From positions 3,807-67,806 of the forward strand of contig JAPOXD010000034.1 in NCBI GenBank assembly GCA_026707285.1: DNA of 64,000 nucleotides, in the 5' to 3' direction. This document shows positions 27,876-38,500 of the stretch, one piece after another (the stretch's first letter is position 1; each line of letters opens with the position of its first letter). The notes beneath the pieces are model-generated. The model saw only the letters and a list, made by a program, of their open reading frames with translations. It had not been told where the DNA came from and did no database searches. The translations under genes and the position numbers were made by a program. Source of the stretch: Chloroflexota bacterium. GTDB taxonomy: Bacteria > Chloroflexota > UBA11872.

Positions 27876-29947
27876 GGACGCCAACCACCTGGCCGCGGCC
27901 GGCGCGGCCACAGTGTCCACGCGCCCCATGCGAAGAGACCCGCCCACGCTAGGGCGTGGCCCGCCAGAAACGCCTGGTGCAAGCGATATTCGAGGACCAG
28001 ACGGCCAAAGGCGCCGGCCTCCGTGCGGACGCGCAGCAGGTCACGCTCGGACGGTTCAACCATCGCGGCATGGCCCGGCACGTGAGCGGTCCAGAGTGGA
28101 TCCCAGTGTTCCTGGGTGACAATTTCGCGCGCATGCTCTCCGGCTGGCGGTAGGTCGATGACAAGGCGATGCGTGCCCTCGCGCCTCCACGGTAGCTCAA
28201 TCGGTCCACGGGGACTTGCCACGTAGACCCAGGGATACGCCGGCTCGACCGTGCGAAACAGCTCGTAGTAGTCCGCGGTCAGCTCAAGCGCGAGGCCTTC
28301 GGTCCGGCGCAGAGCTTGGGCAAGCTCCCGACCGCGGAGCGTGCCCGTTGGAACGAGCACCCGGGACACCCCATGGGCGCGAAGAGTGTCGGCGAGGGCG
28401 GGAGGGCCGGCTCCGACTAGCGACACGAGGCGGTCACCGACCAGCGAGTTTTCCGTCGCGTAGGGCGTGGTGACGGAAAGAATCTCGGCGGCGTGCAGGA
28501 CGCGGTGTTGCTCCGACCACTCGGGAAAGCGAAGTGGCCACGCCGCCAACAGCGTGCGCGATGCCTCGGCGGCGTTCTGTCGGTCAATCTCCGCCGGCAC
28601 TGTGCGAAACGACGCCGGGAACCGCTCCGGCACAAGGCTCAGCGACTGATCGTCCCAGAGCATGCGATGGATTCCGGGCGCCATGAAGGCCGCCAGCACG
28701 ATCCCAAGGACGGCAGTCTGAATCGTTGCCGCAACGGGCAGACGGCGCGGAGCGCATCGAACAAATGTCGCTGGAGCGAGGGCCAGTCCGGGTAGATAGG
28801 CCAGGGCCAGCGCGCCGGAGAGCTTGTCCGGCTCTCTGAGCGCCCATCCGAAGGGCGCATTTGCGGCGACGGCCAGGTAGCCGGGCCGCAGCGCCTCGTG
28901 CCAGCTGGCAATTTGAATGAAAACGGTGGCTCCGCCGACGATGGCGGCGTATCCCAGCACGCGGCGCTGACCGGGTTGTCGCCAAAACACCATCGCCAGC
29001 AAGGCAGCCGGAATGAAAGCTGCCATACGCCAGCCGGGTAAGGCCGTCGTCTCGGGCTTTAGGCCCGGACCGAAGAACGTGTGCCCGGTTAGGGTGAGGG
29101 TGTTGATGACGGTTTGGCCGCTCTCGAGCACCGGCTGGACATCGGTTCCTTCGGCGTACCTCGGTCCGGTGGGCGATCCGGCAACCGCCGTGACCAGGAG
29201 CGGTACGAGGATGAAGGCGGCGAAAATGGCAAAGCCGCCGAGGAACACCATGGCCGCGGCGACGATTGGGTGGCGGGGGTCGCGAGTGGTGAAGGCGGCG
29301 TAGGCCAACCACCCGAGGCCCACGAGCAGGCCAATTGCCATGTAGTGCGGCGAGGTGGAGACGGCAAAGGCCAGCACGGCGGCCGCCGCCAGCGCCCGGT
29401 GGACGCGGGAGCGAGCGGTGGGCGCGCGCGTCGCCACCACGACGAGACCGAGCACAAGCGGGAGGAGCACGGCGCTCACGTGCACCCCCAGCTGCTCCCA
29501 TCGCGCCAGAGCCCAGGGATTGAGTGCCCAAAACAGTCCGGCCAGCATCAGGCCGAGGCGTATCGCAACGGGATGCGTGACTCGGATTTCCGGCCCCGCC
29601 ATCAATCGTGCCCCCAGATATCCGGCGAGAAACCCGAGGAGGTGCCAGCTCAGCCAGTGGAACTTGCCCGCCGCCTCCGTGGTCAAATCAAACGCCTGAA
29701 TGAGCAAGCCCCAGGGAACGTAGGAGTAGGTGCGCATGACATTGACAAGCCCGGTGCCGTATGAGGTATCCCAGGCACTGGTGAACCGACGGGTCCAGAA
29801 CTCGTTGGCGAATGGATAGCCGAGATCGCCCTGAATGATTTCGCCCGGGGTCGCGACGACCCGCCAGCCCGCGACGAGGGTGAGTAGCAGACCGAGCACA
29901 ATCCAAGCCGAATCGCGGGCCAGCAGCCGGGCGATGTGGGTGGTCAT
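27872..29947 (-). CDS. family-A polytopic membrane protein A1 (putative GT-C-like glycosyltransferase)
   Basis: 691 aa with about 12-13 TM helices. Has an acidic first loop (GDLGYPFANEFW), the NPWALARWEQLGVHVSAVLLPL and SPHYMAIG motifs, a large C-terminal domain and a C-terminal hydrophobic anchor. Confidence 0.6.
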   Translation of the reverse strand: MTTHIARLLARDSAWIVLGLLLTLVAGWRVVATPGEIIQGDLGYPFANEFWTRRFTSAWDTSYGTGLVNVMRTYSYVPWGLLIQAFDLTTEAAGKFHWLSWHLLGFLAGYLGARLMAGPEIRVTHPVAIRLGLMLAGLFWALNPWALARWEQLGVHVSAVLLPLVLGLVVVATRAPTARSRVHRALAAAAVLAFAVSTSPHYMAIGLLVGLGWLAYAAFTTRDPRHPIVAAAMVFLGGFAIFAAFILVPLLVTAVAGSPTGPRYAEGTDVQPVLESGQTVINTLTLTGHTFFGPGLKPETTALPGWRMAAFIPAALLAMVFWRQPGQRRVLGYAAIVGGATVFIQIASWHEALRPGYLAVAANAPFGWALREPDKLSGALALAYLPGLALAPATFVRCAPRRLPVAATIQTAVLGIVLAAFMAPGIHRMLWDDQSLSLVPERFPASFRTVPAEIDRQNAAEASRTLLAAWPLRFPEWSEQHRVLHAAEILSVTTPYATENSLVGDRLVSLVGAGPPALADTLRAHGVSRVLVPTGTLRGRELAQALRRTEGLALELTADYYELFRTVEPAYPWVYVASPRGPIELPWRREGTHRLVIDLPPAGEHAREIVTQEHWDPLWTAHVPGHAAMVEPSERDLLRVRTEAGAFGRLVLEYRLHQAFLAGHALAWAGLFAWGAWTLWPRRPRPGGWRP

Positions 29948-30139
29948 TGAGGCGGCTTCGGCTGGCCAGCCGGGAAACGCGCCGGCGGCAGCGAGAGACC
30001 ACGTGCGTTGAGTACTATTCCGACCACCAACCCGTCAGGGATCCAGCGCGCTCACCGGCAACGAATGCACCGTCAGGCACCTTACCTTGTGGATTGGCGG
30101 CAGCGATGATTCCGCGTCGGTCGCGCGCCATCGTCGGAC

Positions 30140-31033
30140 ATGCACGACACCGCTGAATCGGCGCCGTCGTTGACGGCGTGGGAGCGGCTCGCCGGCGTAC
30201 TGGCCAATGTCGGGGACCTGTCCTATCGCCGGCGGATCCAGTCCGTTGCGGAGTACCTGGACCCCAAGCCCGAGCACCGCATCCTCGATCTGGGCGCCGG
30301 CGAGGGTTTCGTGAGCTTGGCCCTGCGCGAGGCCTTTGGGTGCCGGATCGTGGCCCTGGACGCCGCGCCACCGATTCTGCACCAGGGCGTGGATCGCGAA
30401 CTCCATGGGTCTGGACAGGTTTGGCTCCTGGGCGACGGCGCCCACTTACCGTTTCGCGACGGGAGCTTCGATGGACTGGTGTGCTCGGAAGTCCTGGAGC
30501 ACGTGCACGATGACGCGAGCGTCGTGCGTGAGATAGCCCGCGTGCTCAAGCCCGGCGGCGTCGCCGCGCTGACCGTGCCCTGTGCGAACTACCCAGCGCT
30601 GTGGGACCCGTTGAATTGGGTGCGTGAGCGACTTGGGCTCGGCCACTTCAGCCCGGACTCGAGCTTCTGGGGCGGGCTGTGGGCCATGCACCTGCGCCTA
30701 TACCGGCCGCAAGAGTTTCGACGAGTGGTTGCCGGCGATGGGCGATTGGAGGTGACGCACTTCGAAGGTCTGACCCGGTGGTGTTTGCCGTTCAACCACA
30801 TGCTGCTGTGGACCGGCAAGCAACTCTACGGACGATTGCCAGAGTCGTCGGCCGCCTATCGCTCAATGGAGAAGTTTGAATACGCGCGCACGCCCCATCG
30901 ACGATTCAGCCTGAACCCGATCACGTGGGGGCTGCGACTGATGCAGCTTATCGATCGTCGCAACGACAGCCTGCGCGACCCCAATGGGCCGAGCACGAAT
31001 CTGGCCATTCGTGCGGTAAGGCGGTCTCCGTAG
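30140..31033 (+). CDS. class I SAM-dependent methyltransferase
   Basis: The motif I region is ILDLGAGEGF, consistent with a Methyltransf_11-like fold. Confidence 0.75.
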   Translation: MHDTAESAPSLTAWERLAGVLANVGDLSYRRRIQSVAEYLDPKPEHRILDLGAGEGFVSLALREAFGCRIVALDAAPPILHQGVDRELHGSGQVWLLGDGAHLPFRDGSFDGLVCSEVLEHVHDDASVVREIARVLKPGGVAALTVPCANYPALWDPLNWVRERLGLGHFSPDSSFWGGLWAMHLRLYRPQEFRRVVAGDGRLEVTHFEGLTRWCLPFNHMLLWTGKQLYGRLPESSAAYRSMEKFEYARTPHRRFSLNPITWGLRLMQLIDRRNDSLRDPNGPSTNLAIRAVRRSP

Positions 31034-31138
31034 CAATCGGCGGCGCAAGCGTCGTCGACTCCCCGGACCCGTCGACTCGGGCGAAGTGCGACGGCGAGAC
31101 AGCGCACAGTCGTCCGCAAGTCTTCGGAACGAGGTCGG

Positions 31139-32305
31139 CTAGCTCCGATTGCCCGAAATCGCCGCGAGTTCGCGCTCGGCGATGTCGGCCCAATCGAGCG
31201 AGCGCACGCGGGCCCGTCCTCGGTCGGCGAGGTTCCGGCGTCCGGCGTCGTCCCCCAGGAGCGCCAAGATTTCGTCGGCAAATGCCGATGTGTCGCCTCT
31301 CGGAACGGCGCGGAAGGCTTCGCCCCAGACCTCCTTGAGTTCCGGCAGATCGAAGGCGATCACCGGCAGGCCAAGCGCCATTGCTTCGCCGATCGCGATG
31401 GCCCAGTTCTCCTTGAACGACGGAAGGAGAAACAGTCTGGCCGTGCGAATTGTGGTGAAAGCCCGACCGGTATCGAGGATGAGGCCAAAGAATTCGATGT
31501 TGCCCTCGAGACCGAGCGCGCGAACTCGCGCCTGGGCCGCCCGCATGTCAATGCCGCCGCCAATGATGGCCAGCTTGGCGGTAGGCGACGCCGCCACGAC
31601 AAGTCTCCACGCGTCGATGAGCGTGAAAACCCCCTTTTCCGCGGAAACGCGCATCATGGTTGCCGCGTCGAAGCAGCGCACTGGTGTATCGCGGTCGATG
31701 GCTGCGAGCGCGGCCAGGTCGACACCGCACGGAACACTGGTGATGCGCCCCTTTGGGAATCTCAAGCGGACAAGCTGCCGCGTCGTGGCGGGAGACACCG
31801 CAAGCACACGATTGGCGCCCAGCGCCGCCAGTAACAGCGACAGCCGCCCGGAAACCAGAAACGCCAGGGACTGGTACCAGTGATGGCCCTCGCGTTGCCA
31901 GAATCTCCATGCCGGGATGTTGTGCGCGACAACCGCCCAGCGCACGCGGCGGCGGTACCAGAGCTTGAGCAGGAATCCAGGCAGGGTGTCGTAGAGCTGC
32001 TCGTTCGCGCTGACGATCACTTCCGGCTGAAGCCGCAGGAGCGACCGCGGAAGTCGCGCGCACACCTTGATGGCGCGCAGCATGAACGACCACCGGCTCT
32101 CGCCGCCGTGCCAGGCAACAATGTGCGGCTGCACCCCGAGGCCGCGCCGCCGGCAGAGATCGGCGCTCGCCGCACTGCCCATCAGGTGGACCTCGTGGCG
32201 GGCCCGCGCCCAATGTTTGGCGACTTCGATGACTCGAATATCACCGCCGGCCACGCCGACGGCCTCTTGCCCGGCGATGCCATTCACGATGAGGAGAATG
32301 CGCAT
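31139..32305 (-). CDS. GT4-family glycosyltransferase
   Basis: 388 aa. Has the E-x7-E region (ENWAIAIGEAMALGLPVIAF). It is a paralog of 45192..46460. Confidence 0.8.
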   Translation of the reverse strand: MRILLIVNGIAGQEAVGVAGGDIRVIEVAKHWARARHEVHLMGSAASADLCRRRGLGVQPHIVAWHGGESRWSFMLRAIKVCARLPRSLLRLQPEVIVSANEQLYDTLPGFLLKLWYRRRVRWAVVAHNIPAWRFWQREGHHWYQSLAFLVSGRLSLLLAALGANRVLAVSPATTRQLVRLRFPKGRITSVPCGVDLAALAAIDRDTPVRCFDAATMMRVSAEKGVFTLIDAWRLVVAASPTAKLAIIGGGIDMRAAQARVRALGLEGNIEFFGLILDTGRAFTTIRTARLFLLPSFKENWAIAIGEAMALGLPVIAFDLPELKEVWGEAFRAVPRGDTSAFADEILALLGDDAGRRNLADRGRARVRSLDWADIAERELAAISGNRS

Positions 32306-32698
32306 GGTTCCGGGCCCTGCCTATCCGTCAAGCTCGTGAAGCTAGCAGAATGGCAGGGCGCGTCGCGGGCGCCGATCGGTGCGAATGCTGGTCCGCCAAC
32401 CGCTCGGCCTCGGTGCTAGACGGGCCAGCGTTGGTACGGCACGATGACGAAAGGACCACCGCCGGCCGCGATGGCATGACGTTCTCCGGCCATGGCCGCG
32501 TCTCTCCAGGCGATGTGCAATTCACCAAATCCCAGGCATCGAGCGCCGCCGCATGCTGCGGGCATGGCCGGCCCGTGGGCCCGGTCGGCGTTCGGACCGT
32601 AACGGTGAACGCACGCTGACGGCTCGCTTCGGCGCAGTGCCGCGACAGTCCAGGTCGCCGTCGCGATGCGCGATCGGCTCGAATCTGAAACACCGCCA

Positions 32699-34498
32699 AT
32701 GACCACCAAGCCAATCGTCACTCTCGGCATTCACGAGGGACTGATGGCCGCGGCCGCCCTTGTGGTGGATGGCGAGCTCCGCGCTGCATGCGCCGAGGAG
32801 CGTCTCACACGCAAAAAGAATCAAGCCGGAATTCCCCTGCGTGCGATCGAGACGGTGCTGGCAACAGCTGGCCTTTCCATCGACGACGTCACCATGATCG
32901 CGCCCAGCACGCAGGACGCCATCATCCCGACGATTGACGACATGCCGACGTCCCAGACGACGTGGCGGTTCTACGATGCCTACGGCCTTGGCGGAAGATT
33001 GCTCGCGTCGATCGAGCGGCGCTGGCCGGCCAGCCGGGCACTGACGGTGCCGTCCGATTTTGCCCGCCGGCTCGGCCGACGATTGCTCCAGCGCACCCGC
33101 GCCGCCGCCATCAGCGCGGCAACCGGCGCCGATGCGCAGCGGATGGTGTCCTACGACCACCACACGTCGCACGTCATGGCGCTGGCGGCGGTAGCCGGTT
33201 CCGAGCAGCAGCTTGTCTTCACGCTGGATGGCGAGGGCGACGGGCTGAGCGGCTCGGTTTCGTGGTTCCGCGCCGGCCAGCGGCCCGAGCTGATCGGCTC
33301 CGTCTCTCGCAATGCTTCGCTCGGGCACATCTATGCCGGCGTGACCGGACACCTGCGCATGAGATCGCACCAGGACGAATTCAAGGTCATGGGCATGGCG
33401 CCATACGCCCACGACAGCGCCCGCGACGCCTGTCGTGACCGTCTGCGATCTCTGCTCTGGGTGGAGCGAGATTCGGCCGGAACACCCGACATCAAGTCCT
33501 CGCGCGGCACGCGCCTCGCGCCGCGATTCATCGGCGACTACGTGCGAGACTTTCGCTTCGACACCCAGTGCGGGGGCGTGCAGGCACTCTGCGAAGAAAC
33601 CATTCTGGAGTGGACGTCGGCTTGGGTACGGCACCTCGGCCTCGACCACGACGGCGTGGACGTCGGACTTGGCGGCGGGGTTTTCATGAACGTCAAGGCC
33701 AACATGCGAATTGCGCAGCAAGCCTGGGCCAACTCGGTCACGCCGGTGCCCAGTTGTGGCGACGAGTCTTGCGCCGTCGGCGCGGCCTTCCTCGCGTACC
33801 TGGACGCCTGCGCGGCGACTGGACGCGACGCGCAGTTTCAGCGGGCCAACGATCTCTATCTCGGTCCCGCGTGGAGCGACGCCGACATCAGGCAGACCGT
33901 CGATCGCGCGAGCGCCGCGCACGGGCTCCACGTGGAACGCCCAGCGGATATTTCGGACCGGACTGCAGCGTTGCTAGCCGACGGCCACGTCGTCGCGCGC
34001 TTTTGTGGACGCATGGAGTGGGGCGCCCGCGCCCTGGGCAACCGCTCCATCCTGGCCGACCCCTCCCGGCACGACAGCGTGCGCGAGATCAACAAGCGCA
34101 TCAAGAGCCGCGACTTCTGGATGCCCTTTGCGGCCACAATTCTCGCCGAGGCGGCGTCCACCTATCTGCAGACGCCGCCCGCCCAGTCTTCGCCGCACAT
34201 GATGCTCGCCTTTGACACCGTACCGGAGCGCTGGCACGAGATCGCTGCCGGGACGCACCCATACGATCGGACCTGCCGGGCGCAGATTCTCGAGCGCCGG
34301 GCAAATCCGGAGTACTACCGTCTGATCGAGCGCTTTCGCGATCGCACCGGAATCGCCGCCGTGCTCAACACCAGCCTGAACTTGCATGGCGAGCCGATGG
34401 TGAACTCACCGGACGACGCGCTTGGAACACTCCTTGACAGCGACCTCGCGTTCCTAACGCTCGAGGACTTCCTCATCAGCAAGCCGACGCCCGCGTAG
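32699..34498 (+). CDS. carbamoyltransferase (NodU/CmcH/NovN family)
   Basis: About 599 aa from MTTKPIVTLGIHEG; the ORF track starts 33 nt earlier. Has Carbam_trans N- and C-domain architecture (YDHHTSH, MNVKANMRI). Confidence 0.75.
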   Translation: MTTKPIVTLGIHEGLMAAAALVVDGELRAACAEERLTRKKNQAGIPLRAIETVLATAGLSIDDVTMIAPSTQDAIIPTIDDMPTSQTTWRFYDAYGLGGRLLASIERRWPASRALTVPSDFARRLGRRLLQRTRAAAISAATGADAQRMVSYDHHTSHVMALAAVAGSEQQLVFTLDGEGDGLSGSVSWFRAGQRPELIGSVSRNASLGHIYAGVTGHLRMRSHQDEFKVMGMAPYAHDSARDACRDRLRSLLWVERDSAGTPDIKSSRGTRLAPRFIGDYVRDFRFDTQCGGVQALCEETILEWTSAWVRHLGLDHDGVDVGLGGGVFMNVKANMRIAQQAWANSVTPVPSCGDESCAVGAAFLAYLDACAATGRDAQFQRANDLYLGPAWSDADIRQTVDRASAAHGLHVERPADISDRTAALLADGHVVARFCGRMEWGARALGNRSILADPSRHDSVREINKRIKSRDFWMPFAATILAEAASTYLQTPPAQSSPHMMLAFDTVPERWHEIAAGTHPYDRTCRAQILERRANPEYYRLIERFRDRTGIAAVLNTSLNLHGEPMVNSPDDALGTLLDSDLAFLTLEDFLISKPTPA

Positions 34499-35572
34499 CC
34501 AGGAGACCGCCGGCACCACCGCTGCGGCCAGCAGCGCCCAAGCGCCAGTGAGGACGGCCAAGGCCGTCGCCACATCAATTGCATCCTGGGTTACCGCCGC
34601 CGCGGCCGCACCGCCGAGCGGCACCGGCGCCAAGTACCAGTGGCGCACCGCCGTGACTGCCGCCTGCCAAAGGGCGCGCACGACGCTCGCCGCGCTGGCG
34701 ACTGCCACTCTCGGCGCTGTGATTAGGATCACCCCGGCGCCAACCAGCACCAGGATCGGGTATGCCACCAGTGCGGCCATGCCGGTCGGCGTCAGCCCGC
34801 GCAGCACACCGATCGGCACACCCGCATCCAGCGGCACACTTAGGTGAATCACCGCCACAAACAGCCAGATCGCCAGCGCGGTCAGACCGATCAGTGCGGT
34901 GACTGCGGCTACGAGGCGCCCGTAGAGGCGCGCCAGCAGCACGGTCGTCATCGCGCCGCCCAGCGCCCCGAGCACTGCCACACCAGCCGCCACGGCCACC
35001 GTCCATCCCTCAATCGCGCCCACCACGGCTTCCAGATGTCGCACCGGCGGCACTCGCTGGAACATCCGGTGGCCCAACGCCAAGAAGCCCCGCAGCGGCT
35101 CCCCCATGATCGTCAGTTGGGTCCGCGCGGTGGCCTCTCCGATGTCGGCGCCCCGCAGCAGCACGCCACCCCCCGGCGCCTCCAACACCCGCACCGCCAG
35201 GCGGTAGCTCGCCCCATCCGTCGGCACCGCAAACGTAGCCACGTACTCCCGCATCCCCTGCCCGGTCAGCCGCAGCCGGTCCGCCCAAAGCACCAGCTCA
35301 CCACGCTCTAGCCGTACCTCCACCAGGGCCGGCCCCACCACATTCCCTGTCGGCTGCGCCTCAAATCCCACGAACAGCTCCGGACCCGCCTCCGGTCGAA
35401 GCTCCTGGCTCAGGCTCCATCCCGGCAGCAATGGTCCAATGCCGAACGGCTCGCCCTGAACCCCGCCAACGATCAGCGGCCCCGCCGGCCAGCTCAGCGC
35501 CGCCACCGCACTGAGAACGGCCAACACCGCCCAAACGAGCGGGGCAATCGGGCGTCGCCGCACCATCGTCAT
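34454..35572 (-). CDS. companion membrane protein of family-B gene B1
   Basis: 372 aa from MTMVRRRP. Its ATG overlaps the upstream stop (ATGA at 35569-35572). Has an N-terminal TM, the PFGIGPLLPGWSLSQ motif, and a C-terminal multi-TM region. Confidence 0.5.
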   Translation of the reverse strand: MTMVRRRPIAPLVWAVLAVLSAVAALSWPAGPLIVGGVQGEPFGIGPLLPGWSLSQELRPEAGPELFVGFEAQPTGNVVGPALVEVRLERGELVLWADRLRLTGQGMREYVATFAVPTDGASYRLAVRVLEAPGGGVLLRGADIGEATARTQLTIMGEPLRGFLALGHRMFQRVPPVRHLEAVVGAIEGWTVAVAAGVAVLGALGGAMTTVLLARLYGRLVAAVTALIGLTALAIWLFVAVIHLSVPLDAGVPIGVLRGLTPTGMAALVAYPILVLVGAGVILITAPRVAVASAASVVRALWQAAVTAVRHWYLAPVPLGGAAAAAVTQDAIDVATALAVLTGAWALLAAAVVPAVSWLRGRRLADEEVLER

Positions 35573-38500
35573 CGCCGCCACCGTTGGCGCGACACCGGCG
35601 CCCATCCGATCACGATCATGCTGAACAGAACGACGAGGTTGGTCATCAATATCCAAAAATAGCCCGCGTTCGGCGTGAAGGTGACCGTCAGCTCATCTCC
35701 AGCCGCCAATTCCGCGAACCAGCCGTTGAAATGCCCGTCGAGCACCACATGACGCTCCTTGCTCACTTCTTCCCCATTGACGTGCAGCACCCAGCGTGGG
35801 TCGAACCGCTCGTCAAGCCGCACCAGCCGTTCCCCCGCCTCCCCCGAATACTCTGCCGAGGCCCAGCCGCGTTCGTCTCCCGTGAGGGACAGCGCACCAC
35901 CTCCGGCGGTGGTTTGCTGTCCCTCATGCGCGAGGATTACGGACAGGCCATGCGGCAACGGCGACGCCTCCACCCGCAGCAACTCGAACCGGAGACCCGG
36001 CAGTCCCTTGCGGATGTGGGCGACATCGAGCGTCGCCACGGACGCTCCGGGATCAAGCGGGACCTCGACTCGCACCTCACGGTCTACCTGATAGGCCTCT
36101 TCGCGCTGAAGCGTGTAGGTGATGTTTGGATACAACTGTTCGCCGATCAGGTGGACGCCGTCGACTCCGGTGTCAACCCGACCGACAAAGGCAACGGTTC
36201 GGCCGTCGGAAGGCACGGTGGCTTCCACGCGCACCGCGCCGTCGCACACCGCCGAGTCACACGCCTGAAAGCCCTCAGCCGCCAGCGGTTGGTGAGTGAC
36301 GCTGACAACCGGCTCGGGCGGCGGCGAGCCCCGCAGCACCAGCCGGTGCGGGCCCGCATCGAGTGTGACCACCCCGGTGAGAATGTCGAAGCCGGCCTCG
36401 GTCTTCGCACGCTCCAGCGGAAGCGGCGCACCGTCGATGGCGAGCGTCGGCTCGAGACCGGGGTGGGCGGCGAGGCGAACCGAATACGTGCCGGAGCGGG
36501 CCAGCCGGAAGTTGCGCTCGCCGCCGGTGGTCCCGAGGTCCGAAAGCACGGTGTAGACCGGCAGCTGGTCAAGCGCCCGCTCCCCCGCCCGCTCGGCAGC
36601 TTCGATTGCCGCCGACGTGAACAGCCCCAGTTGCGAAACCGCATTGAGGCCAAGACCGTCGGATCTGATTTCCACGACGTGCTGGCCGGCGCCGCTCGTC
36701 GGCGCCGCCACCCGCGTCCAGCGATAGCCGTAGCCCGCCGCTTCCCGCGTTTCAATCCGTGCAATGAACTGACCGTTGAGCGAAACCGCAAGGGCGCTTC
36801 CCTCGGGGCTCACGAAGTGGCGGATCCATAGCTCCCTGGTCGCTCCAGTTGTGTCCACGGTGACTGTCAAAGCCACACCGTCGGCGCGCGTCAGGAGCCC
36901 GCGCGTCATGTCCGCGATCTCGGGATCGGCATACCACCAGGCATTCTTGTAGGGGGCCACCCAGTCCAACGTGGCGTCGGGAAGCTCTGGCCACACCTGA
37001 TCCGCCGGACTCACCAGCGCGCCCTCGGGCAGATAGTTAGCCGTCAGGTCCAGCGGATCCGCTCCCAGCCAAACCTCGGAGGCGGCGTGCACGGCGCCGC
37101 CCGGAGCACCATCAATGCCCGCCACGCCCAATTGGCCGCTGGCGGTGGTGACCTTGGCCGGGTCGTCGAACATGTGCCAAGCCGTGACGAGCGGGCGCAA
37201 CGAGGGCGACCCAACAAGAATCCGCACGGGCAGGCTCAGCCGTTGAGCCGGCAGCGTCGTGACCTCGTAAAGCTCAACCTCACCCACCGATAGGTCATCG
37301 AGTCGACGCAGGCCGGGCTGTTGCGCCAGCGCCAGCCGCGGGCGTGGCTGGCGCTCTTGCAATGCCAGCCACGGTTCGCCCGTCGCCTGAATGAAGCCGG
37401 CGTGCGCGCTCACCCAGTGCGGGTCGAGCATGACGTTCCGAAAGCGTCCATGCGCCAGGAGGCGATCAATGGGATACCGGTTAGGGCCATAGAACCCCTG
37501 ATTGAGCGTGGCGATATATGGGCCGTTGAGCGTGGAGGACGCCCCGCCCCAGATCGAACGCTTGGGCGGCTGCAGAACGGGCGGCGGATTGCCCTGGCTG
37601 GAGTTTTGCCCGGTGCGGCTCTCGTAACTGCTCGGCCAAAACATGGGCAAGTGGACCATGCGATCGTTGTGGGGGAGAGCCCGCAGGTTGTCGACGACGG
37701 CGACCGTGTCGGCATCGAATCGGTAGGTGCGCAGGTGACCCGCGAGGTCTCCGCTCCAGAACGGGAGCGTGCTCCCGGCAATCACGGCGCCCACAAAGAC
37801 ATTGCCCGCCGTTCGTTGCAGCGCGGGCGGCCGCGCCACGAGGTGGGCAACCGTTTGCCCCACCAGCAAAGCCAGCAGCAGCCCGGCTGCAGCGGTGAGA
37901 TAGCGGATGTTTCGGAAGATCGCGCCCATCAGCGTGGCGTCAACTCCATCCTGAATGACGGAGAACGGCTCGTTGAACCCCTTGCCGATCAGCACCAACG
38001 CAAGGAACCCGAGCAAGCCCACCATCGCCTGCTGTCGCGCCGGTCCACGCAGCAGGACCGGAGCCGCAAGCGCCAGACCGGTCAGCATGCCGCGGGCAAT
38101 GAGCCGGATGCCACTGACCGGAGCCAGCGGGCCCACCGGATCTTGCGAGTAGTTGTAGGGCGCGCCGGTCAGCGTCAGCGCTTCCGCGAACGTCGGCGCC
38201 GCCCCCTTGATCCACTGCGCGGCAGCTTCGATGCTCCAGGCGGACATGACCTGGTTGGCCGAGGGCACCACGATGAGCTGCCAGGAAATGAAGGCGATGG
38301 CCTGATGCAACAGAATCACGCTCAGGCCCATCGCCGCCACAATCCCCAAGCGCCGCAGCCGCTGGCCGCGCGAGCCGGAGGCGGTGAAGGCTCGGAAGAG
38401 CGCATAGATGCCAACGAGGCCGGTTACGACGAAAGCCATATGGATCGAAGCCGCGGCCAGCCCGATCCACAGGCTGCCGCGAACGAAGCCGCGGCCACTC

